DNA from: a virus
Reading direction: 5' to 3' (one strand)
IMG/VR virus record: IMGVR_UViG_3300017917_001434
Span: 25,593-89,592 of that record
Length of the DNA stretch: 64,000 nucleotides
The notes under the pieces were generated by a model that saw nothing but the letters and a program-made list of their open reading frames with translations, had not been told where the DNA came from and ran no database searches. Both the position numbers and the translations under genes were made by a program. Shown here piece by piece: positions 49,515 through 59,596 of the stretch. How positions within the stretch are numbered: position 1 is the first letter of the stretch; every line of letters begins with the position of its first letter.

Positions 49515-52235
49515 ATGGGACTCACAACCAATACCAGAACAGCATTAGTTACAACAGGATCTAGTGGAACAACTACTACTCAGACAGTTAGTGTTCCAAC
49601 CGGTGCTTTAACAGTAACAGTCGGAGCCGGTGGCACTACAGGATCTGGTGGTGCTTCAAGGGTCGCAAATGGTACTAATACGATTGTTATTGGAGGAGGC
49701 GGAAATCCTGTAGCAATTAATCGAACAAACGTAGCATCAACAACTAAATATGGCACAGTTCAGAATGCACCCACGGCTGTTACTCGGGGAACCCCAGGAC
49801 AAGTGGTTGTATCTTGGCAAGAAACAGTTATACCAGGCACCCCAGCAGTAACAGAACCAGTATATCAACCTGTTTACAGTCCTGTGTACGAAACTGTATA
49901 TCAACCAGTGTACTCTACAGTGCCCGGTGCGGCTGCCGGTCGTGGCGCAGGCGGTGGTTATGTTAAAAAAATTATTGAAGTTAAAGAAGGCGATGTTCTT
50001 ACCATTGGAGTAGGTGCCCCTGGAACAAGCTATGTTGGTGGCCAGGGTTATGTACTATCTACTGCCAGCGGAGGAACAAAACCCCTAATAGAAATCCCAA
50101 TGAGCAGTGAAGACTGGGTGCTTCCGTTTACGTCTGATGCTGGTACAATCAACGACATTTGTATAGCGGTAATTGACGAGGTAAGCGTAAGAGACTCAAC
50201 TATAGACGCAAACTGGAACATTTTCCGTAGTAAGTGGCCTACAAGAAAATTTTATCTCTTAAGACCTAGTGACAGAGACATTCATTTACCTCCAGGATTT
50301 GCCAGCGATCCTAATGCTTTTGGTCCAATTACTGTTAATAGAGATAACGGTAATGCAAACTTAACCTCAGATTGGTTTACACTTGCCAACTGCGATACAT
50401 TAGTTGCAGGTGCAAGTATTAGACTGTCAGTAGACCGTTCAGGTAGTTTAGGTGGAACAAATAACAGTGCTGTTAGAGCTAGCTTAGATCTCATGAGAAC
50501 AAAAGCAAGTTTTGATTCGGGTATTAATTACTCCGGAGGAAGTGCTGGCACAGGCACAGCTCGTGGTGGTGGTGGCGGTGCAGCAACCGTAGTACTTCTC
50601 AATGGTGTAATTATTGCTGTAGCCGGAGGTGGCGGTGGTGGCGGTGCTGGTGGGTCCAGTACCAATGCTGGTACTAGCGGTTCTCCTGCAAGTGCATCAG
50701 GACTTGGCCGCGGAAGTCAAGGTGTTGGCGGATCATCTCCCCCAGGTAACATTACCGGTGGCGGTGGCGGTGGCGGACACTACGGTGGAGCTGCTGGCAG
50801 TAGCGGCACACGAGGTACTGGAGGATCTGGTGGTGTAAATTATGGCGGACTTGTATCTTTAGCAGGTTCAGGTGAAACTCCTGGTGGCGCTACAGTCAGC
50901 GAATATCCCGGAGGTAGAGTTGGTTATGCTGGTTCTAGTGGCGGCGCTGTTTTAAGTTTTATTAAATCATTTAATGTTTCTTATAAGCATGCTGGAGATT
51001 GGCGAGATATTGACAAAGCCTGGATCAAACTTCCAGGTGGACGATTTGGCGAATGGCGAGAAATTTATAACGGCTGGGTAAAAGTCAACGACGAATGGAG
51101 ACCATTGATAACTTCTGGTCGTATTACAGGTACAGAAAATGTTTATATCCCAGAAGCCACATACACTCTTTCTGCTAGCACTGCTATTATTAACGAAGGA
51201 CAAAGTGTTACATTTACACTTAGAACCACCGGGGTGCCACTACAAAATCCAGTAAGTTACGTTGTAACAGGGGTAGAAGCCAATGACTTGGCATCTGGTA
51301 GTAGTCCATTATCTGGTAACTTTATAGTAGGTACCAATGAATCTGTTACCTATATCGCAAGGTCGGATCTTACCACAGAAGGTAGCAAAACTATAAGAGT
51401 ATCATTAACCAACGGAAAGAGTTTTGCTACCTGTTTAATAAATGATACTTCAACTACTCCTATTGCTGCATATAATTTAACAGCATCCACACCATCAATT
51501 AACGAAGGTGGTTCTGTAACATTTACCTTGTCTACAACTAATGTAGCCAACGGAACAGAAATTGGCTATTACTTAACCGGTATTACCGAAGATGACCTAG
51601 CGTCAGGTTCTGACAGTTATCGTGGAAATTTTGTAGTAGGTCTAACCACTACAAAAACTTTTACGCTTAAAGAGGATTTATCTACTGAGGGTGCAGAAAC
51701 TATACGTTGTAACCTAAATGGCCTAGGTATTAATGCCTACGCCCTAGTAAACGATACTTCATTGACCCGTCCATCGGGCAGTGAAACATTTACCGTAGCC
51801 GGACAGGGTTTTTGGACTGTTCCTGCTAGAGTTACCGCAGTAAGAGTAACTGCGTATGGCGGCGGTGGTGGTGCTGGTGGTTCGCATTCAGGATGTGAAA
51901 ATCCAGGTAGTCACTATGGAGGCGCTGGCGGCGGAGGTTATGTAACTACAAAAATTATCAATGTTACTCCTGGTACACAAATTGCATATACTGTCGGTGC
52001 AGGTGGCGCTGGCGGTACAGCACAAAAAACTGGAGCCACTGGAGGCACCAGCACATTCAGTTCAGTTAGTGCCAGTGGAGGTAGCGGAGGTATCGGAAAT
52101 ACTAAAGCAAAACCTGTCGATGGTGCCGGTGGCACAGCAGGTAATGGCGGTGCATCTGTTAAAAGAAGTGGTGCCACTGGTGGCAATGGCGGTCCTGGAC
52201 GTATTTTTATAGAATGGAGCCCATCCATTGGATAA
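49515..52235 (+). CDS. glycine-rich tail fibre/adhesin-like protein with two Calx-beta/Ig-like repeats
   Basis: GGGG-rich domains; INEGxSVTFTL...TEG repeat present twice. Confidence 0.7.
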   Translation: MGLTTNTRTALVTTGSSGTTTTQTVSVPTGALTVTVGAGGTTGSGGASRVANGTNTIVIGGGGNPVAINRTNVASTTKYGTVQNAPTAVTRGTPGQVVVSWQETVIPGTPAVTEPVYQPVYSPVYETVYQPVYSTVPGAAAGRGAGGGYVKKIIEVKEGDVLTIGVGAPGTSYVGGQGYVLSTASGGTKPLIEIPMSSEDWVLPFTSDAGTINDICIAVIDEVSVRDSTIDANWNIFRSKWPTRKFYLLRPSDRDIHLPPGFASDPNAFGPITVNRDNGNANLTSDWFTLANCDTLVAGASIRLSVDRSGSLGGTNNSAVRASLDLMRTKASFDSGINYSGGSAGTGTARGGGGGAATVVLLNGVIIAVAGGGGGGGAGGSSTNAGTSGSPASASGLGRGSQGVGGSSPPGNITGGGGGGGHYGGAAGSSGTRGTGGSGGVNYGGLVSLAGSGETPGGATVSEYPGGRVGYAGSSGGAVLSFIKSFNVSYKHAGDWRDIDKAWIKLPGGRFGEWREIYNGWVKVNDEWRPLITSGRITGTENVYIPEATYTLSASTAIINEGQSVTFTLRTTGVPLQNPVSYVVTGVEANDLASGSSPLSGNFIVGTNESVTYIARSDLTTEGSKTIRVSLTNGKSFATCLINDTSTTPIAAYNLTASTPSINEGGSVTFTLSTTNVANGTEIGYYLTGITEDDLASGSDSYRGNFVVGLTTTKTFTLKEDLSTEGAETIRCNLNGLGINAYALVNDTSLTRPSGSETFTVAGQGFWTVPARVTAVRVTAYGGGGGAGGSHSGCENPGSHYGGAGGGGYVTTKIINVTPGTQIAYTVGAGGAGGTAQKTGATGGTSTFSSVSASGGSGGIGNTKAKPVDGAGGTAGNGGASVKRSGATGGNGGPGRIFIEWSPSIG

Positions 52236-52269
52236 GTATTACTAAATTCAATTACACAGAGGTTTTCAA

Positions 52270-52614
52270 ATGTCAAATATTACTATTAAAATTGTTGAAG
52301 TAGAACAATCTACAATGCGTTTGTTGGTTAAGGCAGCCAGCGACAAAAGTCTGTATTCTGTAGATGACTACGATCCAGTTGCATTTCAGTTAACTGATAT
52401 TACTTTAGATACACCAGAAAAATTTATCAATGCTATTAAAAATGACGTAAGCTATGTAGTTAGTCTACGTGACGCAGCAGAACAAGTTATTAAAAATATT
52501 GATATAGAAAGTTGGGCAGGATATACACGAGTTGTTGAAGCGACTCCTATAGTAGAGTCAGCACAACCAGACCAAATTATTCCTTCATTGAGCAATCCTG
52601 AGGTTACCTTATGA
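52270..52614 (+). CDS. hypothetical protein
   Basis: GAGG SD. Confidence 0.65.
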   Translation: MSNITIKIVEVEQSTMRLLVKAASDKSLYSVDDYDPVAFQLTDITLDTPEKFINAIKNDVSYVVSLRDAAEQVIKNIDIESWAGYTRVVEATPIVESAQPDQIIPSLSNPEVTL

Positions 52615-53105
52615 TAGTTAACTCGGCTGTTAAAAACAACAGCTTTGTCTATTGTTCTGTATATCAAAGTGCTCATGAATCTACCAGTTATCATAACATT
52701 GGTAACGGGCATTTTCATCAAGCTATCTATATAGTTGAAGGCCACGGACTAGCATCAGTTAAGGAAGATCCTACATTAGATCAGACTTTAGCCGCTGGTA
52801 ATCTCTATGAGATATCATATACATACGACAAAAATATTGTAACCAAAACTTCTGAATCTGGATTAAGCATGATGATGTTCAATCCTATTCCAGAAACAAA
52901 AAAATTAAAATTTGAAGTATTAAAAGGTGCACAAAAAAGAATTGTTTTGGCCGGTGATCAACGAGTCACGGTGGTTTGTGTAACTGGCCCTGTGCAGATT
53001 AAAGATAAAGAATTAGCTAGTATGCAGTTTGCTGTAGTTTTTTCAAATACCTCGGCGGAATTGGTTATGCAAGAGCATCATATTTGTATACTAGTAACAG
53101 GATAA
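52611..53105 (+). CDS. hypothetical protein, possibly cupin-like
   Basis: HFHQAIYIVEGHG. Confidence 0.6.
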   Translation: MIVNSAVKNNSFVYCSVYQSAHESTSYHNIGNGHFHQAIYIVEGHGLASVKEDPTLDQTLAAGNLYEISYTYDKNIVTKTSESGLSMMMFNPIPETKKLKFEVLKGAQKRIVLAGDQRVTVVCVTGPVQIKDKELASMQFAVVFSNTSAELVMQEHHICILVTG

Positions 53106-53125
53106 CTTACAAGGAAATATTATCA

Positions 53126-53830
53126 ATGAAAAAACTATTATTAACACTATTACTAGTGAGTTCAACAGCGTGGGCAGGCATCAATCAAAGTTGTCCTCAG
53201 TTCACTCCTGCAGGGGTACCAGCTTATACAGCTAAACCTGGCGATCAAGAGATTTGTCACAAGAACTATGCAGTTATACATCGCTGTGACGTTAAAGCAC
53301 CATCAGCAGTGTTTGAACACTTAACGCAGGCTGCTATGTCAGGACCTGCTAAACGTAAAGATGACTTTCGCCCTGATCCTCTTGTTACTCCTAACTGTCA
53401 AGCACAATTAAGTGACTATGCTACTGTAGGTAAAACACACGATCGTGGTCATATGAGCCCTGCGGCTAATAATACACAAGACGCAGATATTATGAGCGAG
53501 AGCTTTTTCTTAAGTAATATGCAACCACAGGTAGCCAACAACAATCGTGGTGCCTGGAGATTGTTAGAAAGTTCAGAACGTGATCTGGCTAAAGCAGGTG
53601 GAGATTACTATATTATCAGTGGCGGTATATGGGACGCTGGATATCAAAAAACTGGCAATGGTTTGGGTATTCCAACACGCTTGTATAAGATCATTTACAA
53701 TAAAACAACTAAACAAGTACGTGCATTTTTAATGCCTAATGCACCTATTAGCCCAGCAACAGATTGGCCTAAATACGAAACTACTTTAGCGGCTGTTGAA
53801 GCTGCAACTGGAATGAAGTTCAAATTCTAA
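53126..53830 (+). CDS. DNA/RNA non-specific endonuclease (NucA/EndoG family) with signal peptide
   Basis: DRGHMSP, FFLSNMQPQ, NRGAWRLLE; MKKLLLTLLLVSSTAWA signal. Confidence 0.9.
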   Translation: MKKLLLTLLLVSSTAWAGINQSCPQFTPAGVPAYTAKPGDQEICHKNYAVIHRCDVKAPSAVFEHLTQAAMSGPAKRKDDFRPDPLVTPNCQAQLSDYATVGKTHDRGHMSPAANNTQDADIMSESFFLSNMQPQVANNNRGAWRLLESSERDLAKAGGDYYIISGGIWDAGYQKTGNGLGIPTRLYKIIYNKTTKQVRAFLMPNAPISPATDWPKYETTLAAVEAATGMKFKF

Positions 53831-53846
53831 ACGGTCCAAATCGACC

Positions 53847-53870
53847 AAACCGCCCAAGTGGCGGTTTTTT
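53847..53870. terminator. terminator between convergent genes
   Basis: AAACCGCC-CAAGT-GGCGGTTTTTT. Confidence 0.8.
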
Positions 53871-53871
53871 G

Positions 53872-54999
53872 TTAGCGAAATTTAAACAATAATCTTGCTA
53901 CGTAATACTGAGGATTAATATACTTAACCCATTTAGGTCCTAGGAAAATATCATCCCATGTACGTGGAATAGTAAGATAGTTTTCGTGATGATATAAATG
54001 CCAACTTTGATTTAATGCTATTGGAAACAAAAACCAATAGTCGCGCTCACCAAATTTACTCATATACCAGTCATGTTGCCCATCAAAAATAATCTTTGAT
54101 ATCAAAGGAATTAAAAATAGGTAAAAGAAATATTCAAAGCCAAACAGTGCAATAAACAAAATAAACAAACAAATTCTAATTTCAGGTATGTATTTAAAAA
54201 TATATGAACATGATTTATGTTCGTTTTGCATTTTAAGTAGATCTGTGCCGTTGGGCTTTTTAAAAAAATGACACTTAAATATGTGTCTTAGTATTTCTTT
54301 AAACTCATTGACTACATGAAAAAATGTATCTTGCTCTTGACGCCAAAACTTATGATGTCTAACATGAACATTGATCCAGTTCAGACGGTCAGCATATAGA
54401 GTAGGATAGACAAAGTATAAAACAAAATCTACTAAGTGCCCGGCAAATTTATTTTTTGGTATTACATATCCATGTTCAAAATAGTCATGTTTTGGGAATT
54501 CTAAAATAGCCCATAGTATCCAGGTTATTAATATTGAGTATAAAAATAACTGTAGGTTCGCAAAGTAAACCAATCCAAAAATTATCAATGGACCGTAAAC
54601 ATATTCTTGTCTTTCAGGTAGGATATTTAAGAAACTTTTTATTTTAATATGCAATTTTTCATGCCAGTACATAGGTCTACATCTAGACAATTTTGACTTT
54701 AATTCGGTAGTATTTTGAGGGAAATAGTCTATTAAATCAAGACTGTATCCGCCCTCGCGTAACAGTTTTACTAATACTGCCTGGTCATCTATAGATAAAT
54801 CAGATTGACTCCAGTCAAGATTTGTGTTATGCTTTATTGCTTTAACAATTTTATTAACTAGTTTGTTCTTAGATGCGGTATGGTAATAGAATGATAATGC
54901 TTCTCTCAGTTCGCCCACTGAAACTTCGTTGATTTTTTTATGATATGTAGAAGAAAACCACTGTTCAAATTCAGGGCTGTTAAGAATAGACTGTTCCAT
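53872..54999 (-). CDS. membrane fatty-acid desaturase/hydroxylase-like protein
   Basis: His boxes HDYFEH, HVRHH, HLYHH and TM segments; TATAAATA 5 nt before the ATG. Confidence 0.75.
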   Translation of the reverse strand: MEQSILNSPEFEQWFSSTYHKKINEVSVGELREALSFYYHTASKNKLVNKIVKAIKHNTNLDWSQSDLSIDDQAVLVKLLREGGYSLDLIDYFPQNTTELKSKLSRCRPMYWHEKLHIKIKSFLNILPERQEYVYGPLIIFGLVYFANLQLFLYSILITWILWAILEFPKHDYFEHGYVIPKNKFAGHLVDFVLYFVYPTLYADRLNWINVHVRHHKFWRQEQDTFFHVVNEFKEILRHIFKCHFFKKPNGTDLLKMQNEHKSCSYIFKYIPEIRICLFILFIALFGFEYFFYLFLIPLISKIIFDGQHDWYMSKFGERDYWFLFPIALNQSWHLYHHENYLTIPRTWDDIFLGPKWVKYINPQYYVARLLFKFR

Positions 55000-55038
55000 T
55001 CAAATATTTATAGAAACCCGTTTTAACTAAATATAATA

Positions 55039-55593
55039 ATGAAAGCGCAAGAATTAATCAGAGCAACAGAAAACACTAAGATCTATCTAGATATGGATGG
55101 TGTTCTCGCTGACTTTTTCCACGAGTATGCTAAACTAGCAGGAGTGCCCCCAAATGAATTTGGACGACACGATTATCGTAGCATTCCACCAGCTAAAGAA
55201 GATCCAACACTAAACAAGATGGTAGGTACTGATTTCTTTGCTCGACTACCAAAGTTTTCAACAGCAGACAGTTTGGTACAGTTAGTACTAAGCTACGTGC
55301 CAACATACAATATTTGTAGTAGTCCACTGCGTGGAGATCATGCAAACAGCGAGCGTCATAAGCGTCGTTGGATTGAACATCATCTACGCCCAATGCCCAA
55401 AGATATTGTTATCACTGGGCAGAAAGAACACTGGGCAGTAAATCCTGATGGTAGCCCTAATATTTTAATTGATGACCGCGGTACTAACATTGAACGTTGG
55501 CGTGCTCGTGGCGGCATTGGTATTAAGTATCAAGCTGACGAAGATAGTTTGCAGAAAGTAGCACAGGGATTGGCACTAGCATATGGCCGTTAA
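55039..55593 (+). CDS. 5'(3')-deoxyribonucleotidase-like HAD phosphatase
   Basis: IYLDMDGVLADF and ILIDDR; MKAQELIRATE leader. Confidence 0.88.
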   Translation: MKAQELIRATENTKIYLDMDGVLADFFHEYAKLAGVPPNEFGRHDYRSIPPAKEDPTLNKMVGTDFFARLPKFSTADSLVQLVLSYVPTYNICSSPLRGDHANSERHKRRWIEHHLRPMPKDIVITGQKEHWAVNPDGSPNILIDDRGTNIERWRARGGIGIKYQADEDSLQKVAQGLALAYGR

Positions 55594-56320
55594 TTTATAC
55601 GAAGGTGGTAACATTTTTAAGCAAGCAGATGGTAGCCCTGCTACTGTTCGTATTGCTCGCGATAACGTTGTGCCAACTGTACAATGGTTAGAGCAACTTA
55701 CGGGTCTAAATCTTGTAGACAATATGCTAGGCAGCACCGGTCGTAAAGAAACTTCTGGTGATTTAGATCTAGGAGTTGATAGTACTAAAGTTAGTAAAGA
55801 AGTGTTGATACAACAGTTACTACGCAAAGGTATTGACCGTAATGACATACGTAAAACTGGCGACAGTGTACACTTAAAGACACCAATATTAGGTGATCCT
55901 AGCAACGGTTATGTACAAACTGACTTTATGTTTAGCGATAATCCAGCATTTCAAAGTTTTAGCTATGCTGGCACAGGCGCAGGCGAATTTAAAGGTGTAC
56001 ACCGTAACATACTGTTAGCCAGCATTGCCAAGGCACTGGGCATGAAATGGAGTCCAAAGTTTGGACTGGTTAACAGAGAAACTAACGAAGTAATCAGTAA
56101 CAATCCACAAGAAATAGCCAAACAATTAGTCAATGGTACTATACAGGACCTGGCCAGTGTTGAAACTATATTAAATAAAATTAAAGGTCGTGCCGACTAT
56201 GATCAATTAACCGCAGATGCACGCGAAGCATTTGCCCGAGACAATTTAGTACTACCAGAATCTGCTCCTTTGCCTGGAACAGGCGAGTGGTTTAGAGCAT
56301 GGCGCAACAGAGATATTTAA
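55583..56320 (+). CDS. Pol-beta-like nucleotidyltransferase-fold protein
   Basis: LGSTGRKETSGDLDL (hGS...DxD) and VQTDFM. Confidence 0.65.
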   Translation: MAVNLYEGGNIFKQADGSPATVRIARDNVVPTVQWLEQLTGLNLVDNMLGSTGRKETSGDLDLGVDSTKVSKEVLIQQLLRKGIDRNDIRKTGDSVHLKTPILGDPSNGYVQTDFMFSDNPAFQSFSYAGTGAGEFKGVHRNILLASIAKALGMKWSPKFGLVNRETNEVISNNPQEIAKQLVNGTIQDLASVETILNKIKGRADYDQLTADAREAFARDNLVLPESAPLPGTGEWFRAWRNRDI

Positions 56321-56321
56321 A

Positions 56322-57644
56322 ATGAGAGCAAGACAATTTATATTTGAATATAGTAGAGAAAAGACTGCTGGTGTGTTTGGTAAGAAACTTCTGGCCGCGT
56401 TAGCCAAAGATACAAGTGTTGACAGTAGAATTGGTATGCTAAAGGATATTCTTAAACAACCAGAACCAACAGCCGCTGCAGAAGTATTAGATCGTGTTAT
56501 GGCTATGTTAGAGTCTGCTGATCCTACAGCCAATAAAGAATATGTACAGTGGTTAGCCAAAGTCTACGCCAACGAAGGTGTTAAGATGGAAGACCTGCTG
56601 AGTAAAACAGTTGAATGGCTACAGAAATACGATCTATACAAGAAGAAAAAGTTCTTTACAGGGGTTGATGCTAAACTTGCCAACATCATGAACTTGAAGT
56701 GGAAGGACCTATGGGAAGTTAGCATACGTGCCGACTTCCAGATGAAGATTAAACAGCAAGAAGAAAAGGCAATGCCCCGAGGCGATGCTGAAGTAGTCTA
56801 CGAAAACGGGCAGGTTCGCATTATTGTGCCTAAAGATAAAGAAGCAGCTTGCTACTATGGACAGGGCACTACATGGTGTACAGCAAGTACACAAAGTACA
56901 AACTACTTTAGCAGTTATAGCAAAGATGGTCCGCTGTATATCCTTTTACCAAAGCAGCCCAAATATGAAGGTGAAAAATATCAACTACACTTCCCAAGTG
57001 GACAGTTTATGGATGAAACAGACAGCCAAGTCAATGATATTGTAGAATTACTAGACATGCGCTTTGGCGGTGATGTAGCAGAATTCTTCATGGAACGCGA
57101 ACCAGAGATTAAAGACTGGTTAGTGTTTACTCCAGACGAAATGCTAGAGCCACTAATTGCTAAGATCAAAACCGCAGTAAACGATCACGTATATGAAATA
57201 GTCAACGAGTGGGAAGTAGAAGATGACTATTGGTATGAATATCTACGCAAAGAGGGTTACGTATATCCAGAAGGTCATGAAGAAGAAGGCGAGATTGACT
57301 GGGACAAAGTTGCCGAGGCTGACCTAACCTACACAGACTGGAACTATGATGCCGCTGACTTTATCGGTAGAATAGTTGGCGCAGTAGATCTAACTCCGCG
57401 CGAAGTTAAAGAACTAGCACAAGAAGTGGGCAGTGAATGGGGTGCCGATACACAAACAATCAGTGACCTTGACAAGATCATGGCCTACAGCATTGAACAG
57501 ACTAACAGTCGCAACCAAGGCGATGGTGGTGTAGCAGAATGGTTACACGAACACATATACATTAAGAAACGTGATGGTAAGTGGGACGTGAGTTTGCTAT
57601 ACACACAAAAAGACGGACAACGTAAAGAATACGAGATACGCTAA
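56322..57644 (+). CDS. hypothetical protein with AACYYG..TxWCTA domain and CTS-like leader
   Basis: MRARQFIFE leader; acidic C-half. Confidence 0.7.
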   Translation: MRARQFIFEYSREKTAGVFGKKLLAALAKDTSVDSRIGMLKDILKQPEPTAAAEVLDRVMAMLESADPTANKEYVQWLAKVYANEGVKMEDLLSKTVEWLQKYDLYKKKKFFTGVDAKLANIMNLKWKDLWEVSIRADFQMKIKQQEEKAMPRGDAEVVYENGQVRIIVPKDKEAACYYGQGTTWCTASTQSTNYFSSYSKDGPLYILLPKQPKYEGEKYQLHFPSGQFMDETDSQVNDIVELLDMRFGGDVAEFFMEREPEIKDWLVFTPDEMLEPLIAKIKTAVNDHVYEIVNEWEVEDDYWYEYLRKEGYVYPEGHEEEGEIDWDKVAEADLTYTDWNYDAADFIGRIVGAVDLTPREVKELAQEVGSEWGADTQTISDLDKIMAYSIEQTNSRNQGDGGVAEWLHEHIYIKKRDGKWDVSLLYTQKDGQRKEYEIR

Positions 57645-58072
57645 TGAGAGACATCATAAACCTACTAGAAGCCATCGATAAAAATTGCCCTCGAGCAACC
57701 TATGACATTGATGAGAATCTAAAGAATCGTCAAAAGGCCATAGATGAATATCACTACGGTCCTGCTAATCCCAACAAGCCAGAAGACTATTGGAAGGCCA
57801 GCGCAAAGATATTTGGTGTAAGTGAAGCCACTGCTAAGACTATGCTGTGCGGTAACTGTGCGGCATTTGACGTCAGCGACAGTATGCGCGAGTGTATTGG
57901 TAAAGGCATACAGGGCGATGAAGATAACATAGATGCTAACGCTACAATTAATCTAAGCGACTTGGGTTACTGTAACTTCCTTCACTTCAAATGTGCGGGG
58001 TCGCGTAGTTGTAAAGGATGGATTACTGGCGGACCAATTACAGAAAAAGACAAGGGTAAACAAGCAGATTAA
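57644..58072 (+). CDS. Cys-rich putative metal-binding protein
   Basis: CGNC...GYC...C...CKGW; MRDIINLLE leader. Confidence 0.7.
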   Translation: MRDIINLLEAIDKNCPRATYDIDENLKNRQKAIDEYHYGPANPNKPEDYWKASAKIFGVSEATAKTMLCGNCAAFDVSDSMRECIGKGIQGDEDNIDANATINLSDLGYCNFLHFKCAGSRSCKGWITGGPITEKDKGKQAD

Positions 58073-58106
58073 CCCTGGCTTTTCAAGTAAAATGATAAAT
58101 AACATT

Positions 58107-58754
58107 ATGTTAATATATAAAGTTACTAATCAAATCAATCACAAATCCTATATTGGGAAAACCGAATTATCTTTTTCCAGGAGAAAATCAAATCATTTGA
58201 GTGATGCTAAAAGAGGATGCGAGTTTGCTTTTCATAGAGCATTACGTAAATATGGAGAAGAAAACTTTACCTGGGAAATTATAGAAGACTGTATAGAAGA
58301 TAAAACTCTATTAGACGATAAAGAAAAATATTATATCGCACTTTACGAAACTTTTGGACCCAAAGGTTACAATATGAGTGAAGGTGGAGAAGGGCAAACA
58401 GGCTGGATACCCTCTGATGAAACTCGTGTTAAATGGAGTAAGCAACGAAAAGGAAAAGATCCTTGGAATAAAGGAACTGCTAAACCTAAAAAAGTTCTTA
58501 CTGAAGAAGAACAAGCCGCAAAAAAAGCAGATGCTAACCGTAAAAGAAGCGAAGCAAATAAAGGTAAAAAAACTTGGAACGCAGGACTAAAAGATGTATA
58601 TGGTAGAACTACTTATAAAGTAATATACAAAGATGGAACTGAAAAAATAGGCACAAAAGTAGATTTAGGTTTACCTAAATATGTAATAGATTATATGTTC
58701 AAAGATAAGTGCGGTTCTCGTAAATATAACATTGAACGTATAGAAAGAGTTTAG
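58107..58754 (+). mobile_element. free-standing GIY-YIG homing endonuclease with NUMOD3-like motifs
   Basis: LIYKVTN..YIGKT, FHRALRKYG, GYN, PWNKG; TAAATA 5 nt before the ATG; flanked by a duplicated gene end. Confidence 0.88.
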
Positions 58755-58755
58755 T

Positions 58756-58782
58756 AAAAACAAAGGTAAAAAGGCAGACTAA
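58756..58782 (+). repeat. degenerate duplicate of the 3' end of the 57644 gene (58046-58072)
   Basis: Encodes KNKGKKAD* versus KDKGKQAD*. Confidence 0.8.
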
Positions 58783-58783
58783 C

Positions 58784-58942
58784 ATGAGAGCACATGAAAT
58801 ATTAAAACCTGTTGCCGAGGATGACTACACAGATCACGATGATCCGCAAAAACTAAAAGACATGTATCAATACTACGTAAACGTACGGGGCATGGACCCA
58901 GAAGAAGCCAAACGTAAAGTCTACGATAGAGACGGTGAATAA
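58784..58942 (+). CDS. 52-aa protein MRAHEILKPVAE..., not in the ORF track
   Basis: CTS-like leader; fills the gap exactly. Confidence 0.7.
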   Translation: MRAHEILKPVAEDDYTDHDDPQKLKDMYQYYVNVRGMDPEEAKRKVYDRDGE

Positions 58943-58944
58943 AA

Positions 58945-59595
58945 GTGCGAGCTTGTGAGTTTATCTCAGAAAACAAAGTTCGTCCTAACATTGATATTGA
59001 ATGGGACGGTAACTTTAATGTTTACGCTTTCATTGATGGCAAGCGAGTGGGTCATGCTGAATTTGCCAGCGATGATCCAGAAGGTATGGGTGGCTTTTAT
59101 GCAGTCAGCGTTGGAGTTAACCCGGAGTATCGCCGCATGGGTGTTGCTACTGCTATGTATGATGCCGCAGAAGAAAAGTTTGGTGAGATTATTCCTAGCG
59201 AATCTCAAACAGATGATGCTCGTGCGTTTTGGAGATCACGTGAACTAAGTGAAAACTTATCTAACACACAGATGTTACGTTACATTAAGAAAATACACCC
59301 AGATTTTCACCCAGATGTACATCACAGTGTACTAAATCATGAGGAGTGGGAATTAATTAACTATCCTGTTGATAAGTTACGTATAGCAGATGAAGATGAT
59401 GTTGAAGATCCCTACAATAGAATTATTATGGTAGACCCAGACTATGCTAGCGACTTACCGGCAGAGCATATTAAAGATAACCCCATTGTAGTAGATGCTG
59501 ATGGTTACATTATTGACGGTAATCACCGTGCTTACCAAGCTAAGAAGTTAGGACTAAAGAACATACCAGCGTATGTTCCTTATGAAGAGATTTAA
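58945..59595 (+). CDS. GNAT acetyltransferase fused to a ParB/Srx-like domain
   Basis: VNPEYRRMGVATAMY; PIVVD..IIDGNHR; MRACEFISE leader. Confidence 0.8.
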   Translation: MRACEFISENKVRPNIDIEWDGNFNVYAFIDGKRVGHAEFASDDPEGMGGFYAVSVGVNPEYRRMGVATAMYDAAEEKFGEIIPSESQTDDARAFWRSRELSENLSNTQMLRYIKKIHPDFHPDVHHSVLNHEEWELINYPVDKLRIADEDDVEDPYNRIIMVDPDYASDLPAEHIKDNPIVVDADGYIIDGNHRAYQAKKLGLKNIPAYVPYEEI

Positions 59596-59596
59596 G

